This document shows, piece by piece, positions 20,160 to 30,449 of a stretch of DNA of 64,000 nt (its first letter is position 1; each line of letters begins with the position of its first letter). The DNA lies in the NCBI GenBank assembly GCA_965223425.1, contig OZ245003.1, positions 1,888,001 through 1,952,000 of the forward strand, in the 5' to 3' direction. The notes under the pieces were generated by a model. That model was given only the letters and a program-made list of their open reading frames with translations, ran no database searches and was not told the DNA's origin. The position numbers were made by a program, and so were the translations under genes. The stretch comes from Nitrosopumilus sp. Its GTDB lineage: Archaea > Thermoproteota > Nitrososphaeria > Nitrososphaerales > Nitrosopumilaceae.

Positions 20160-21705
20160 AGACTTTATGCATAATTGACCCGTCAAATTTTTTCTGCAGC
20201 ATACACTACCAAGACACACAAAGCCAGTCCAGGAAATTATTTAATTTTGATGCAAAAGATCATTGTAAATTCGCAGAAATTAGAAATCCGTGCGCACTCT
20301 TGCAGTGCCTCATGCACCCTGTGCTGTGCCGTCAATAACCAAGTGACGGCCGCTTTTTCTTTGCATCCCACAGCAGTTGAAAGTTCGCAAGGCCGGTACA
20401 CACAGCCAGCTCCTCGCGAAACTCCTCTACCGTGCCGTCATACGGGTCTGTCATCCTCGCCCACTGCTTTATTCTTCCGATGGCGTGCCCCGCCTTTACC
20501 CTCTTGGCGCTGATCCTTTTGTTCGAGTCCTTTTGCTGCTGCGTCAGCTCCGTCCGCGGCCTCTTTTTTTCCGGCATCTCAAGTGCCATTCCCGTGTAGT
20601 GATTGGCATCCCTGGTATCCCTTGTCTGCAAGCACCCGTATCCTGTCCTTTTCCGGAGTGTCTTTTTTGTACATGGATTTAGACCACCTGCCAAAGTCTA
20701 TCGGATCCTCTCTTATCATGGTAAGGTCGTGCGTCCCGCCCTCAAAGGACCTGCCTGCTGCAAGTATCAGGCCCTGCCCTGTTTGTTGTTATGGTGGTGT
20801 TAATCGTAAAGCGCTTCTTTTTGCCAGAGTACGTGTTTTTTCTTTTATCCCTGTCCTGCGGACGCTGCCTTGGCACCACCTCGGTGCCGTCAATTATGAT
20901 GGTTCTGTCCGGCATTAGCTGCTCTAGCTGCCCTGATGTCTCGGCCTTTTTTACCAGACGGGTCATCCTGTCTGCAGTAGGCAGGATCCCTGCCAGCACG
21001 GAATCTGCGAACTTGAGGTACCTGCACACGGTGGACTGGTCAACATCAAACAGTGCCCCAGAGCGTCCTGCGTCACGTTTGAGCGCTTGCGGAACAGCGC
21101 AAGCAGCAGGACGGACCTGCGGCCAGGCAGGCAGCGGTTTCCGGGATCCGGTGTTTCGTCCTCTGAAAAGAGCGGCGCGTCTTTGCTGTGCCTCTTTGAC
21201 TCTGCCACAAAGTCATTGCAGGTGTAGTCAAACTGGTCAAGGTCATACGGTAATCCCTGCAAGCTTTGCGCTGTTGTGCAGTATGCCGTGGATCACCTCC
21301 CTGATGTGCAGCAGCGACGTGTCCGTATCAGAGCGGCCTGCATCTGTAACGGCCCACAGGCTGTCCTCGCGCAGCAGCAGCTGCTCGCGCAGCAGGCCAA
21401 TCGTCTTCTCGCGCCTGCTGATTGCTGCGTCCTTTTGCTTGATTGCTCTGTTGTTCTGCTTGATTGCTCTGTTGTTCTGCTTGATTGCTCTGTTGTTCTG
21501 CTTGATTGCTCTGTTGTTCTGCTTGATTGCTGTGTCCTTTTGCTTGATTGCTGTGTCCTTTTGCTTGATTGCTGTGTCCTTTTGTTTGAGCTCCCTTTGC
21601 AGCCTGCGTATAGTCTGTTCTGAAGATTCCATTACCTGTTGCGGCGATCAAAATGGATCTAAATCTTTCGGAAAAATTTTTATGATTCAATTATGCATAA
21701 AGTCT
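20160..21705 (-). mobile_element. IS5-like (DDE_Tnp_4) element, copy 1, frameshifted, 3-bp flanks AGT
   Basis: IRs agactttatgcataattga / tcaattatgcataaagtct; IIDGTEV, YSGKKK, HD, ADKGYQG motifs split over several ORFs; N-terminal heptad ORF 21243-21632. Confidence 0.88.
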
Positions 21706-22383
21706 AGTATACCGCATAATGAAAAAGAACGGCATGGTGGCACCATCTGCTGCAAAGTCAAAGAAGCGCAAGTACGTCCGCTTTGAGCGAAAATACTCCA
21801 ATGCCATGTGGCATGTGGACTGGCATGCCATGAAGGATCCGCGCTTTAAGGGACTGCAGCTAGTCACGTATCTTGATGATGCCTCAAGATGCATTACTGG
21901 TGCTGCATTGTTTGGGCATGCCACCTCAGAGAATGCGGTAATGACACTCAGGCTTGCAATTAAGAGGTTTGGTGCGCCTGCATCCATACTGTCTGATAAC
22001 GGCTCGTGCTTTGTAGGACAGAACGGCAGGAAGAGGAGGAAGAAATCAAAAGAAGGCAGAGCGTGGAGACCAACCCCCTTTGAGGGAGAGCTTCTGCAAA
22101 AGGACATCATACTGATAACTCAAGGCCGTACCACTGCAGACCAACGGCAAGCTGGAGCGCCTTCACCGCAGTATCGAAGATGAGATATGGCACTATGAGA
22201 GCCTGAGAAAGTATGTCGGCCATTACAACGAGAAAAGGCTGCACTTTTCACTGGACATTGAGAACTGAGGTTCCATTGCAGGCATTTAGTAACAAAAAAG
22301 TACCAGAAGCGATCAGAAAAAGTGACCCAAAATGGATGAAGAGAGATGCAGATGACTAGCGGACCTACTTTCCGTATATTACA
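21706..22383 (+). pseudogene. IS481-family transposase, C-terminal half and right end
   Basis: YRIMKKNGMV...RFERKYSNAMWHVDWH...LDDASR...LSDNGSCF...QTNGKLER; ends ...ATTACA (TGT terminus). Confidence 0.85.
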
Positions 22384-22415
22384 ACTCTGGTTGACAGCGA
22401 TCAATTCATATATAT

Positions 22416-22466
22416 TATAAAAACAAAAATCAAGGAATTTTTTTATAAAAAAATAATTTTTATAAA
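22416..22466. repeat. Left site of paired 51-bp AT-rich structure
   Basis: 21-bp arm tataaaaacaaaaatcaagga (22416-22436) + 25-bp core tttataaaaaaataatttttataaa (22442-22466). Confidence 0.9.
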
Positions 22467-22489
22467 CTAGGCGCAATCAAGTCCATAGG

Positions 22490-23734
22490 ATGGCCAACAT
22501 CTGGGCAGGCCTTGGGCTGACTGACAACCCATATGATCCAAGACCGCTTTCAATTGATACAGACGACAGGAAACTGTTTGTAGGCCGTGCAGAGACACTC
22601 GACGAATTCAATATCCTTCTAAGCAGCACGAGGGGCGGCATGATAATAGTCGAGGGCGGGGTGGGAGTAGGCAAGACAAGTTTTGTAAATATCGGCCTAT
22701 ATGACAAGTTCAAGTCAGAAAGATACCTTCCCTGCGACAAGATAGAGCTGGAAGGCAACATGGACATTATCCAGTTTGTTCTTTCAGTCTTTTCAAACAT
22801 GTTTCACAGCATTGAAAAATGTGACAGGACAGAAAGGCTGGGCAGGTTTGCCGTACATGAAAAAGCAAGGGCCCTGTTGAGCCAGACCATCCAGTCCAGC
22901 TGGGGCGGCGAGGTAAAGTTTCTCGGAACAGGCGGGGGAGTGAGCAGGCAAAAATCTGCAACATCTCCAGTTGCAGTCGTCCTATCTCCTATTGTTTCAG
23001 TCATGAATGAGTGGATAGACTTTGTCATAAACAAGCTAAACTACTCTGCCATCATAGTCCCGCTTGACAACTTGGATATTGTCGATGACATGGATATTGT
23101 GGGATTTTTAAACAAAACAAGGGACACCCTGATGGGGTTTGATGGAGTATGGTGGGTGCTTGTTGGCAAGCCAAACCTGTTCTCGCTGCTAGAAAGAAAG
23201 GCAAGCAGGGTAAGCGAGATGATAACCGGAAGTCCGGTAAAACTTGATCCGTTATCAAAAAAAGAAGTCCACGGGATGATAAAATTAAGAATCAAAAACC
23301 TTTCAACAGATAAGATCGAAGCACCGGTTCCAGAAAAAGTGATAGATATTCTGTATGATGTCTCAAAAGGTGAGGCAAGATACATCCTAAAGCGATGCGG
23401 CGATCTCATCCTAAAGTTCCATGCAAAATTTCCTTCAGAAAAGACTGTTCCAGAAGAGACGGCCGTCAAGATGCTGTCAGTCATGGCCAAGGAAAGAATT
23501 GACGCCGCCAGCCTCTCACCTTCAGACAGAAAGATTCTGGAGAAGATGGCCAAAAAAGAAAGGTTCCAAAACAAGGACTACAGGTACTTTGGCAAGCCTT
23601 CTGCCCAGAATTTTAACTATGTGATCAAAAAGCTGTTTTCACTGGGGTTGATAACCAGGGAGGAGTCGTCGGGCAGGGACGTATACTATCGCACAACCGG
23701 CGATGTCAACATGGTTTTTGGCGTGAAGTCCTAA
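22490..23734 (+). CDS. AAA+/STAND-like (Orc1/Cdc6-type architecture) ATPase with C-terminal winged helix
   Basis: NPY..PL, FVGR, Walker A GGVGVGKTS, Walker B IIVPLDNLD, S.GEAR sensor-2, LSPSDRKIL...LFSLGLITREE..RDVYY wHTH. Confidence 0.85.
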   Translation: MANIWAGLGLTDNPYDPRPLSIDTDDRKLFVGRAETLDEFNILLSSTRGGMIIVEGGVGVGKTSFVNIGLYDKFKSERYLPCDKIELEGNMDIIQFVLSVFSNMFHSIEKCDRTERLGRFAVHEKARALLSQTIQSSWGGEVKFLGTGGGVSRQKSATSPVAVVLSPIVSVMNEWIDFVINKLNYSAIIVPLDNLDIVDDMDIVGFLNKTRDTLMGFDGVWWVLVGKPNLFSLLERKASRVSEMITGSPVKLDPLSKKEVHGMIKLRIKNLSTDKIEAPVPEKVIDILYDVSKGEARYILKRCGDLILKFHAKFPSEKTVPEETAVKMLSVMAKERIDAASLSPSDRKILEKMAKKERFQNKDYRYFGKPSAQNFNYVIKKLFSLGLITREESSGRDVYYRTTGDVNMVFGVKS

Positions 23735-23755
23735 AGCTGGTTTTCGGGTAAAATC

Positions 23756-23806
23756 TTTATAAAAAAATAATTTTTATAAAAAAAATCCTTGATTTTTGTT
23801 TTTATA
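23756..23806. repeat. Right site of paired 51-bp AT-rich structure
   Basis: Identical 25-bp core at 23756-23780 (direct) + tccttgatttttgtttttata at 23786-23806 (perfect reverse complement of the left arm). Confidence 0.9.
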
Positions 23807-23964
23807 GCGTATGAACCCTAAATCGATTATGATTTGCATGGGGTTGCAGAAACTGAAAATCAGACACTTGGAGCAGCAGCGTCTCTTTTGGGCATTGCCG
23901 TAACCAGGCAATCCATCCTAACTCGTCCACTTTGCAGTTTCAAACTCGGCTTTGACCGTCACAT

Positions 23965-25314
23965 CAGTAGTTCCCAGATGTAGATTTGTGCCCAGATGTA
24001 GATTTATGCTCAGACACTGGTGCGTTATCGCATAATAACTGCAATGCAAAGATCCAGATTAGGTTACGGTGTGCAAGATGTCATGAGCCTTCAAACACAA
24101 GACGATCTGATCGCACACCAGTACAATATAACATCAAACCGGTTTAAAATCCTGCGCTCGTCGTTTCAAAAGCTTGGCATGCCAATGTCTGAGAGGCACA
24201 ACGCCGTATACGGATGCAACGACATACTGGACGTGCCAATCAGGGCGTCTGAGAGAAACACGTTTGTAGAATCCCTCGTACGGCGCAACAGGCTTCAAGA
24301 CACGGGTGCACGTACGCCTGATGCAGACCTGGTCATGTCTGCAGTCCGTGGCGTCGAACCGGCAGACGTGCAGGGCTGGTGTGCAAAGACGCTGGCACGC
24401 ACGGTACGGCACGCCTGCCGTGCAGGAATGCTGCAGGACATCGACGCCATTGCAATAGACGTTACGGACATACCATACATGGAGAACAGCTGCAGGAGCA
24501 TACAAGAAAGTCGCGTCCAAGGACAGGAACATCCACGTTTCTCTCGTATGTCGCAGTACACGGAGTCGGCAGGGACTCCTCGCAGATTGTCCTGGAATCG
24601 CAGCTGCTGCCGGCAAAGGAAAAACTGGCCGATTTTATAGCCAAAACACGCACGAAAATCCTCAGAGGGGGCGCATATTCAAAGAATGTGTTCCTGTACG
24701 ACCGCGCCTTTTACAGCGTTGACTGCATGACAGAGGCAGGAAAGGGCGGGTGCCGCTACATCATGCCTGTCATCATGAACTCCAAGATCAAGAAGATAGT
24801 CAAGCTGTATGAGGACGGAAAGGCAAACCAGGTATCGCAACAGTCAATGACCAACAAAGACGGCGCAACTGTGACCTACAACCTTGTAATTGTCAAAAGA
24901 GACAGGAAGAAGAAGAAGGAAGAGGAGCAATACATTGCATTTGCAACAAACATTCCCATCAGGAGCGCCAGAGCCATGACAGGCATCATACCGGAGCAGT
25001 ACCGCAAGAGATGGGGCATCGAGACGGGGTTTCGCGTCATAAAGGAGATCATGGGCAGGACATGCAGCAACTCCCTGGCTGTGAGGCTGCTGATGTTTTA
25101 CCTGCCGCTGCTGCTGTACAACCTGTGGAGGATTGCCAGGTTCTGCCTTGATGCAGGAAAGAGGCATGGAAGAGTGTCTTCTGCGGGAAAAAAACTCACC
25201 ATGGTGTTGTTTATTGTGCATATTACAAGCAGAAACGAGTTGTTTGTCAATGATCGAGGCAAGTAGAACCGATGCTAGTTGTGGTTGCGGTAAATCTACA
25301 TCTGGGAACTACTG
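23965..25314 (+). mobile_element. ISH3/IS4-like IS, copy 2 (transposase frameshifted near 24478), 4-bp TSD ACAT
   Basis: Same IRs as 12492-13858; acat at 23961-23964 and 25315-25318; ORFs 24020-24640 and 24379-25266. Confidence 0.9.
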
Positions 25315-25598
25315 ACATGCGCGCAGTTTGGGCAAGTATCAGCTCCATCCCCCCCCCCCCGGGGGGGTTGTTTTTGATCAAAAAAACTAATTTGTCTGTC
25401 AGGAATCTTAGTTCCTGTGTGTGCCAGATGGTAACTCTTCCAGTAACCATCTTTTCTTTTGTTCATTGAAGGGGCACACACACTCTTGATCCAAATGCGG
25501 CGCTGTCCAAAAGACGTAATTCGGCACTCAGGGAATTACGCAACAACTTTGTTTACTTTAGAAAATTTATAAAGTATATAGTACATATCGTGTTTAAC

Positions 25599-25742
25599 AT
25601 GGCCTTGAGAGAAGTAAAACCATTAAATGAAAGTCAATGGAAAACACTGGTTGACACTTTAAACAAAAAACCCACATTTCGACAAAAACAAATTGTAAAA
25701 AAAGCCGTAGAGAACGGAAAGAAACTTAAAGTAATCCGATAG
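25599..25742 (+). CDS. Putative DUF1778/TacA-like antitoxin (47 aa)
   Basis: Hand-translated MALREVKPLNESQWKTLVDTLNKKPTFRQKQIVKKAVENGKKLKVIR*; stop abuts the GNAT start; BRE/TATA-like gaaaatttataaa at 25561. Confidence 0.6.
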   Translation: MALREVKPLNESQWKTLVDTLNKKPTFRQKQIVKKAVENGKKLKVIR

Positions 25743-26273
25743 TTGTACAACATTTGGTTGCCTGCTTCTTCGATTAATTTCCAGAAAGATGTTCATATTC
25801 AAAGATTGGATAAGACCAGTTTTGATCTAGATCGTTTTAAATGCAGTAAGCGGCAATATGAAAATTATATAAAAAAAGAAGCTTTTGATGATCAATCCAA
25901 AGAAATTGGACAAACTTGGCTTTTTGTATACAAGAAAAAAGAAGTGATTGGTTACGTCACAATTGCAATGGCAGACCTGAATAAAAACGAGCACAAAAAA
26001 CTAGGATCTTTTCCATATTCCAACGTCCCAGGTTTATTGATAGGGCAGATTGCAACACACAAAGATTTTGAATGCCTAGGTATTGGAAAAATGATGATTG
26101 ATTGGGTGATTACAGAAGCGAAGAGTTATCAAATTAATATAGGCTGTCGAGTAGTCGTTCTTAATCCTGAAAGCGATGTGGTTAGGTGGTATAAGAAAAT
26201 TGGATTTGTACACATACAACACAGAAGAAAACAAGATGTGATGTTTATTGATTTGGATTGGTATTCTTATTAA
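25743..26273 (+). CDS. GNAT acetyltransferase, TacT/AtaT toxin-like
   Basis: FKCS..YENYIK..A, VIGYVTI, PGLLIGQIATHKDFECLGIGK, WYKKIGF. Confidence 0.8.
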   Translation: MYNIWLPASSINFQKDVHIQRLDKTSFDLDRFKCSKRQYENYIKKEAFDDQSKEIGQTWLFVYKKKEVIGYVTIAMADLNKNEHKKLGSFPYSNVPGLLIGQIATHKDFECLGIGKMMIDWVITEAKSYQINIGCRVVVLNPESDVVRWYKKIGFVHIQHRRKQDVMFIDLDWYSY

Positions 26274-26575
26274 AAAAATTGATCTGGTGAATTTAGTTTC
26301 GGTATGTTAGTTGGCAACATATTTTTTCCAAGTTTTGAAAATTCATCGTTTACAGGACGGCCCCGACCAATCGATTCATCATCTGAGAATGACGTTTTCT
26401 GTAAATGCACCGCTATTTCCAAAGTCATCATATGCTACAAACTCTACAAGTATGGCATCGCCGCTTGACGGTGGCTCATCAGGATCGACGGGTTTGAGAT
26501 ATGTTGTATGGGACAAGGAATCAGATTGCAGTACTCTCTGGTGGGTTTTTGCATAATTACAGCACGCGGCATGTA

Positions 26576-27718
26576 CGTAGTGCCCATAATATATAATCGA
26601 TCTTGATCCTTTTGGGAATGTTTTTTGACCGAAGGATCTAGATCATGCGGATTCCCAGCCACTCTATGAAGAAACCTAGGAATTTGGAGAGGGGATCCGG
26701 CTTTCTGAAGGGCACAGGCACAGGTTATTGAGGGAGTGCCACAAGAGGGAGACTGACCCCAAGGCACGGGACAGGCTCCTTGTGTACATGATGCGGAAGG
26801 AGGGCATGAGCATACGCGGCATCGCCGCGCGGACAAACCGCAGCTACTCCACAGTACGGGACTGGCTGGTGCGGGCAAGGGACGGCGGCCTGCGCGGCCG
26901 CCGCGACCGCGGCAGGCCGGGATGCCCGTGCAGGCTCGACGAGTCCCAGAGGGCGGAGCTGCTCGCAGATCTTGTAGCGGGACCTGAGAACTGCGGGTTT
27001 GAGACCCGGCTGTGGACGGCGAGGATCGTCTGCGCGCACATCGAGAGGAAGTTCGGCGCGGCGTACTCGCTCAACGGGGTGCACAAGCTGCTCTCAAGGC
27101 TCGGCCTGTCGTGGCGCAAGCTGCGCCCCAGGAACCCGAAGGCGGCCTCGGAGCGCGAGATCAGCGAGTTTAAAAAAAAGCGCGGCGGATCGCCCTCAGG
27201 TACCGCAGGCTGGGCTATACCGTCCTGACTGCCGACGAATGCACCCTGACGATAGGGGACAGGAGGCCCCGATACGGGTGGCAGCTCCGCGGCACAAAGA
27301 GGACGGCGCCAGTCACGCTCTCCAGAAAGAAGAAGCACGTGTTCGGCGCGCTGGGCGACGGCGAGCTCTGCTTCAGATTCTGTGACGCGCAGAACAGCGA
27401 AGCGTTCCTCGCATTCCTGAGGCACCTGCACCGCAGGTTCGGGCCGGTGCTTGTGTTCGTGGACAACGCGTCGTGGCACAGGTCGGCTGCCGTGCGGGAC
27501 GGGCTCATGGAGTTCAACGGGGAGGTGAAGCTGAGGTACTATCTGCCGCACACGCCGGAGCTGAACTCGGAGGAGCCGCAGTGGAACGTGATGAGGGACG
27601 CGATCGGCAACAGGGTATACGACAACACGCGCGAGATGGTAAAGTCAATCCGCAAGATGATCAGGAAGAACGTGATATTTCCCGTCAAGCTGAGCGATTA
27701 TTTAGTATGTTGACTACG
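26576..27718 (+). mobile_element. IS630-family element, two ORFs (26728-27228, ~27200-27713) joined by probable -1 frameshift, 3-bp TSD GTA
   Basis: HTH...GRP..L, WTA, tttaaaaaaaag slippery site at ~27169-27180, ADEC, VDNASWH, PELNSEE; gta|cgtagt...actacg|gta. Confidence 0.88.
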
Positions 27719-27721
27719 GTA

Positions 27722-28462
27722 GATATGTTGCAGAACAGATAAGGTACATCCGCTCGCTAAATGACCACTTTCCGGTGTTTATTCGCGACATGATAGAGAG
27801 TAGAAAGGTTGATGCAAACTTTATCGTATCCATAAAAAAACTCTCCTCCCAGAAGAACATGGGCGGGAAATACGGCGCATTTTCAGACGTGCTAAGGCAG
27901 ATTCGGATGCGGCTTGAATACAACACAAACAGAAGCCGTCTCATATACGATGATACGGTAAGATCGTGGCGGCTGCGGATGCTCATGTTTGTGTTTCAGA
28001 CGATATGCGATGCAGGAGGCGACTCGATTGATACGCTGGAGAAGATGCACTCCTTTTCGATGTCAGTTAATTCGATAAAAAACAAGCTGTCCGACTCCAT
28101 CATGCTGTCATCTCTGATGCTGTATGTCGCACCTACAATATTCTTTGTGGCACTTGTCGGCATGTCTGTTTTTATGGGCTCGTTTTCTGCCTCGATTCCA
28201 GAAACTGCCGCCGGACATACAGGGCGTGTCGATGATGGCAGGATTGTTTGCAAAGCCGGACTTTTCATACATGCTTGAGGCGATGCGTCCGGCATTTCTG
28301 ATAATGTCGATATGTTCGGGGATAGTGATATCGCGTGTGGCATACATGTCGTTTTTTGCAACCATGCCGATAGGAATCTGCTACATGGTGGCATTTGTTG
28401 TTTTGACTGGATGGCATTTCTTTTTTGATCTGATGTCAGGTTTGATAGGGTTGGTGATTTAG
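27722..28462 (+). pseudogene. Type II secretion/type IV pilus platform (TadC/FlaJ-like) membrane protein remnant
   Basis: KYGAFSDVLRQI...DAGGDSIDTLEKM followed by TM helices; frameshift into 28124-28462; 5' end lost at the IS630. Confidence 0.55.
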
Positions 28463-28543
28463 GTTTGGCAGACTGCAGATGCATGATTGTCCGGACTGTA
28501 GAACCGCATTTGGGCTTTTTATGGAATTGTTCCATGAGGAAGG

Positions 28544-28858
28544 GTGAACGGATTTTTCTCCACATTAATCCACCCCGAAGATACGGATCTGGAACCGTTA
28601 GAGTTTATGGTTCCCATCGCATGCATAACATGGATGTGTGCCGCATTCATACCGGCTATAATACCGATGCCTGAAGCGATCTTTTTGATAATTGCAATGG
28701 TCGGTTCCACTGTGATCAGCCTTGGCGCCTTTATGACAAAGTTCTCACAGAAATATCTAAAGAACATATCATTCCGTGGTCGGTATCCTCATCAAATATG
28801 CCTAATTCTGACTTTGAGGCCTCTGTTTCTATCTCATCAAGAAATTGACAGGATTTGA
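28544..28858 (+). CDS. Small membrane protein, possibly truncated
   Basis: 104-aa ORF with two hydrophobic segments. Confidence 0.4.
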   Translation: MNGFFSTLIHPEDTDLEPLEFMVPIACITWMCAAFIPAIIPMPEAIFLIIAMVGSTVISLGAFMTKFSQKYLKNISFRGRYPHQICLILTLRPLFLSHQEIDRI

Positions 28859-29045
28859 TTCTGTAATGTGAGTTAATTTGTCTCTATTTTCAAGATGAAT
28901 GTTATGTTTGTCTGCATCTCGTAAAAGTTGTTTAATTGAACCATACAGATATTGTAATAATTCTTCATTCAATTTCCAGATTTTATGTGCTCTTTTGAGG
29001 TATAAACAACATTAAGCTAATTAATAAAAAAAGAAAAAAGGTATG

Positions 29046-29696
29046 TTAATTTTTTGTTTCAGACATTATGGATGAAATGTTTCTTCCTTCTGTGTACAGT
29101 TCGTTGTATGCTTTATCACCGTGAATCTTGTATTTGCCAAATTGCCCTAATTTGACGTATTTTACATTTTTACCAATGATTTCATTTGGATCTTCTGCAA
29201 TGTGTACAATTACTCTCTCACCGATTTCATATTGCTCTTCCCCACCATCGAGTTTGAGTTTATTATCTAATAGTTTTCCAGTAATTGTTACTGTTACAAT
29301 AGAACCTGCATCCAATTCAATTTTGGATTTACTAGTTTCATCAACTTCTATGTCAATTTCTATTTTTACATTCTCACCATTTCTTATGAAATATCCTTCT
29401 GATTTTGGTGTTGGTTCAGTCCAAGTAATTGGCTCAGAGATACTTACAACAGTACCTTTGATTGTATGATCAACTTGATCTTTTACCTTGCTGATATCAG
29501 TAGTAGCAAAACTTGCTGCACCTTGTGTAACTTCATCGACAGTGGTTAATGCATAACCAATGTTTGATGGAATATAGGTGTATGATTCAGCATCATGTTC
29601 ATGATAATTTATCATAGCTACTGATGCAGTAATGGTCAACACAATTATGAGAGCTGCAATTATTGGATATGTTTTTTGCAATTTAATACTCTCCAT
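29046..29696 (-). CDS. Membrane-anchored exported protein, partner of upstream protease
   Basis: N-terminal TM helix; overlaps the upstream gene by 14 bp. Confidence 0.75.
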   Translation of the reverse strand: MESIKLQKTYPIIAALIIVLTITASVAMINYHEHDAESYTYIPSNIGYALTTVDEVTQGAASFATTDISKVKDQVDHTIKGTVVSISEPITWTEPTPKSEGYFIRNGENVKIEIDIEVDETSKSKIELDAGSIVTVTITGKLLDNKLKLDGGEEQYEIGERVIVHIAEDPNEIIGKNVKYVKLGQFGKYKIHGDKAYNELYTEGRNISSIMSETKN

Positions 29697-30294
29697 TTAC
29701 TTGTGTTTCATCACCACTTTTGATTGAATTCCAATAAATACTACAAGAATCCTTCATCATTGTGTGTGAACTAAAAACAGATCCATGATGTTCCATTCCT
29801 GCAAGGTGTCCAAATTCATGATTTGCTACTCTGCTCATTTCTGGTGTGCTTCCACAACTATTGTCACCATTTTGCTGCCAATTGATACCAGAATTATTAT
29901 TGTATTCCATATCTTTATACTCATTACCTAACGTGGTATTTACTTGTAAATCGGTTTTAGCTAATTTTCCAATATCACTTTCATAATAGGGAGATACTTC
30001 CGATTCATAAGTTCCACAACTTGTATCATGGCTGATGTTTAGATCTGTATTATTATCCATTTCATCTTCACCATATTGTATTTGACCAGCGACAGTGTTT
30101 CCTTGGTTAGTACTACCTTCATATTTTATACTGTCTAACGATGAAATGTTGTAACAAATATTCTGTGAAGATGAACTAAACCAATAATTAGAGGTATAGT
30201 CGTGTGCCAATGCTCCAGGAATTATGGAGAATCCCATAATCATTGTTGCAGATAGCAAGAATGTTGTTATTGTTTTGTTTGTTATGTTTTTCAT
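29683..30294 (-). CDS. Secreted metzincin (M10/matrixin-like) zinc metalloprotease
   Basis: Signal peptide; HEFGHLAGMEH (HExxHxxGxxH) plus Met-turn HTMM. Confidence 0.85.
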   Translation of the reverse strand: MKNITNKTITTFLLSATMIMGFSIIPGALAHDYTSNYWFSSSSQNICYNISSLDSIKYEGSTNQGNTVAGQIQYGEDEMDNNTDLNISHDTSCGTYESEVSPYYESDIGKLAKTDLQVNTTLGNEYKDMEYNNNSGINWQQNGDNSCGSTPEMSRVANHEFGHLAGMEHHGSVFSSHTMMKDSCSIYWNSIKSGDETQVNGEY

Positions 30295-30330
30295 GTTCTT
30301 ATCAAATCTGATAATATCTTACTATATAAT

Positions 30331-30429
30331 AGACCTTATGCGTAATCGATCAAACTAATATTGCTAGATGATTTTTACCTTAGTAAACCAATTTGATTTT
30401 GAATTCTTAGTCGATTACGCATAAGGTCT
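30331..30429. mobile_element. IS5-related MITE (99 bp), 3-bp TSD AAT
   Basis: Perfect 19-bp IRs agaccttatgcgtaatcga / tcgattacgcataaggtct, related to the IS5-like IR; aat on both sides. Confidence 0.88.
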
Positions 30430-30449
30430 AATCTCTATTACCAGTCTTC

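Noticed and set aside
20791-21786. 331-aa + strand ORF (and the IS part of the 348-aa ORF 31394-32440) with CLIALLF repeats
   Set aside because: Antisense reading of the IS heptad repeats
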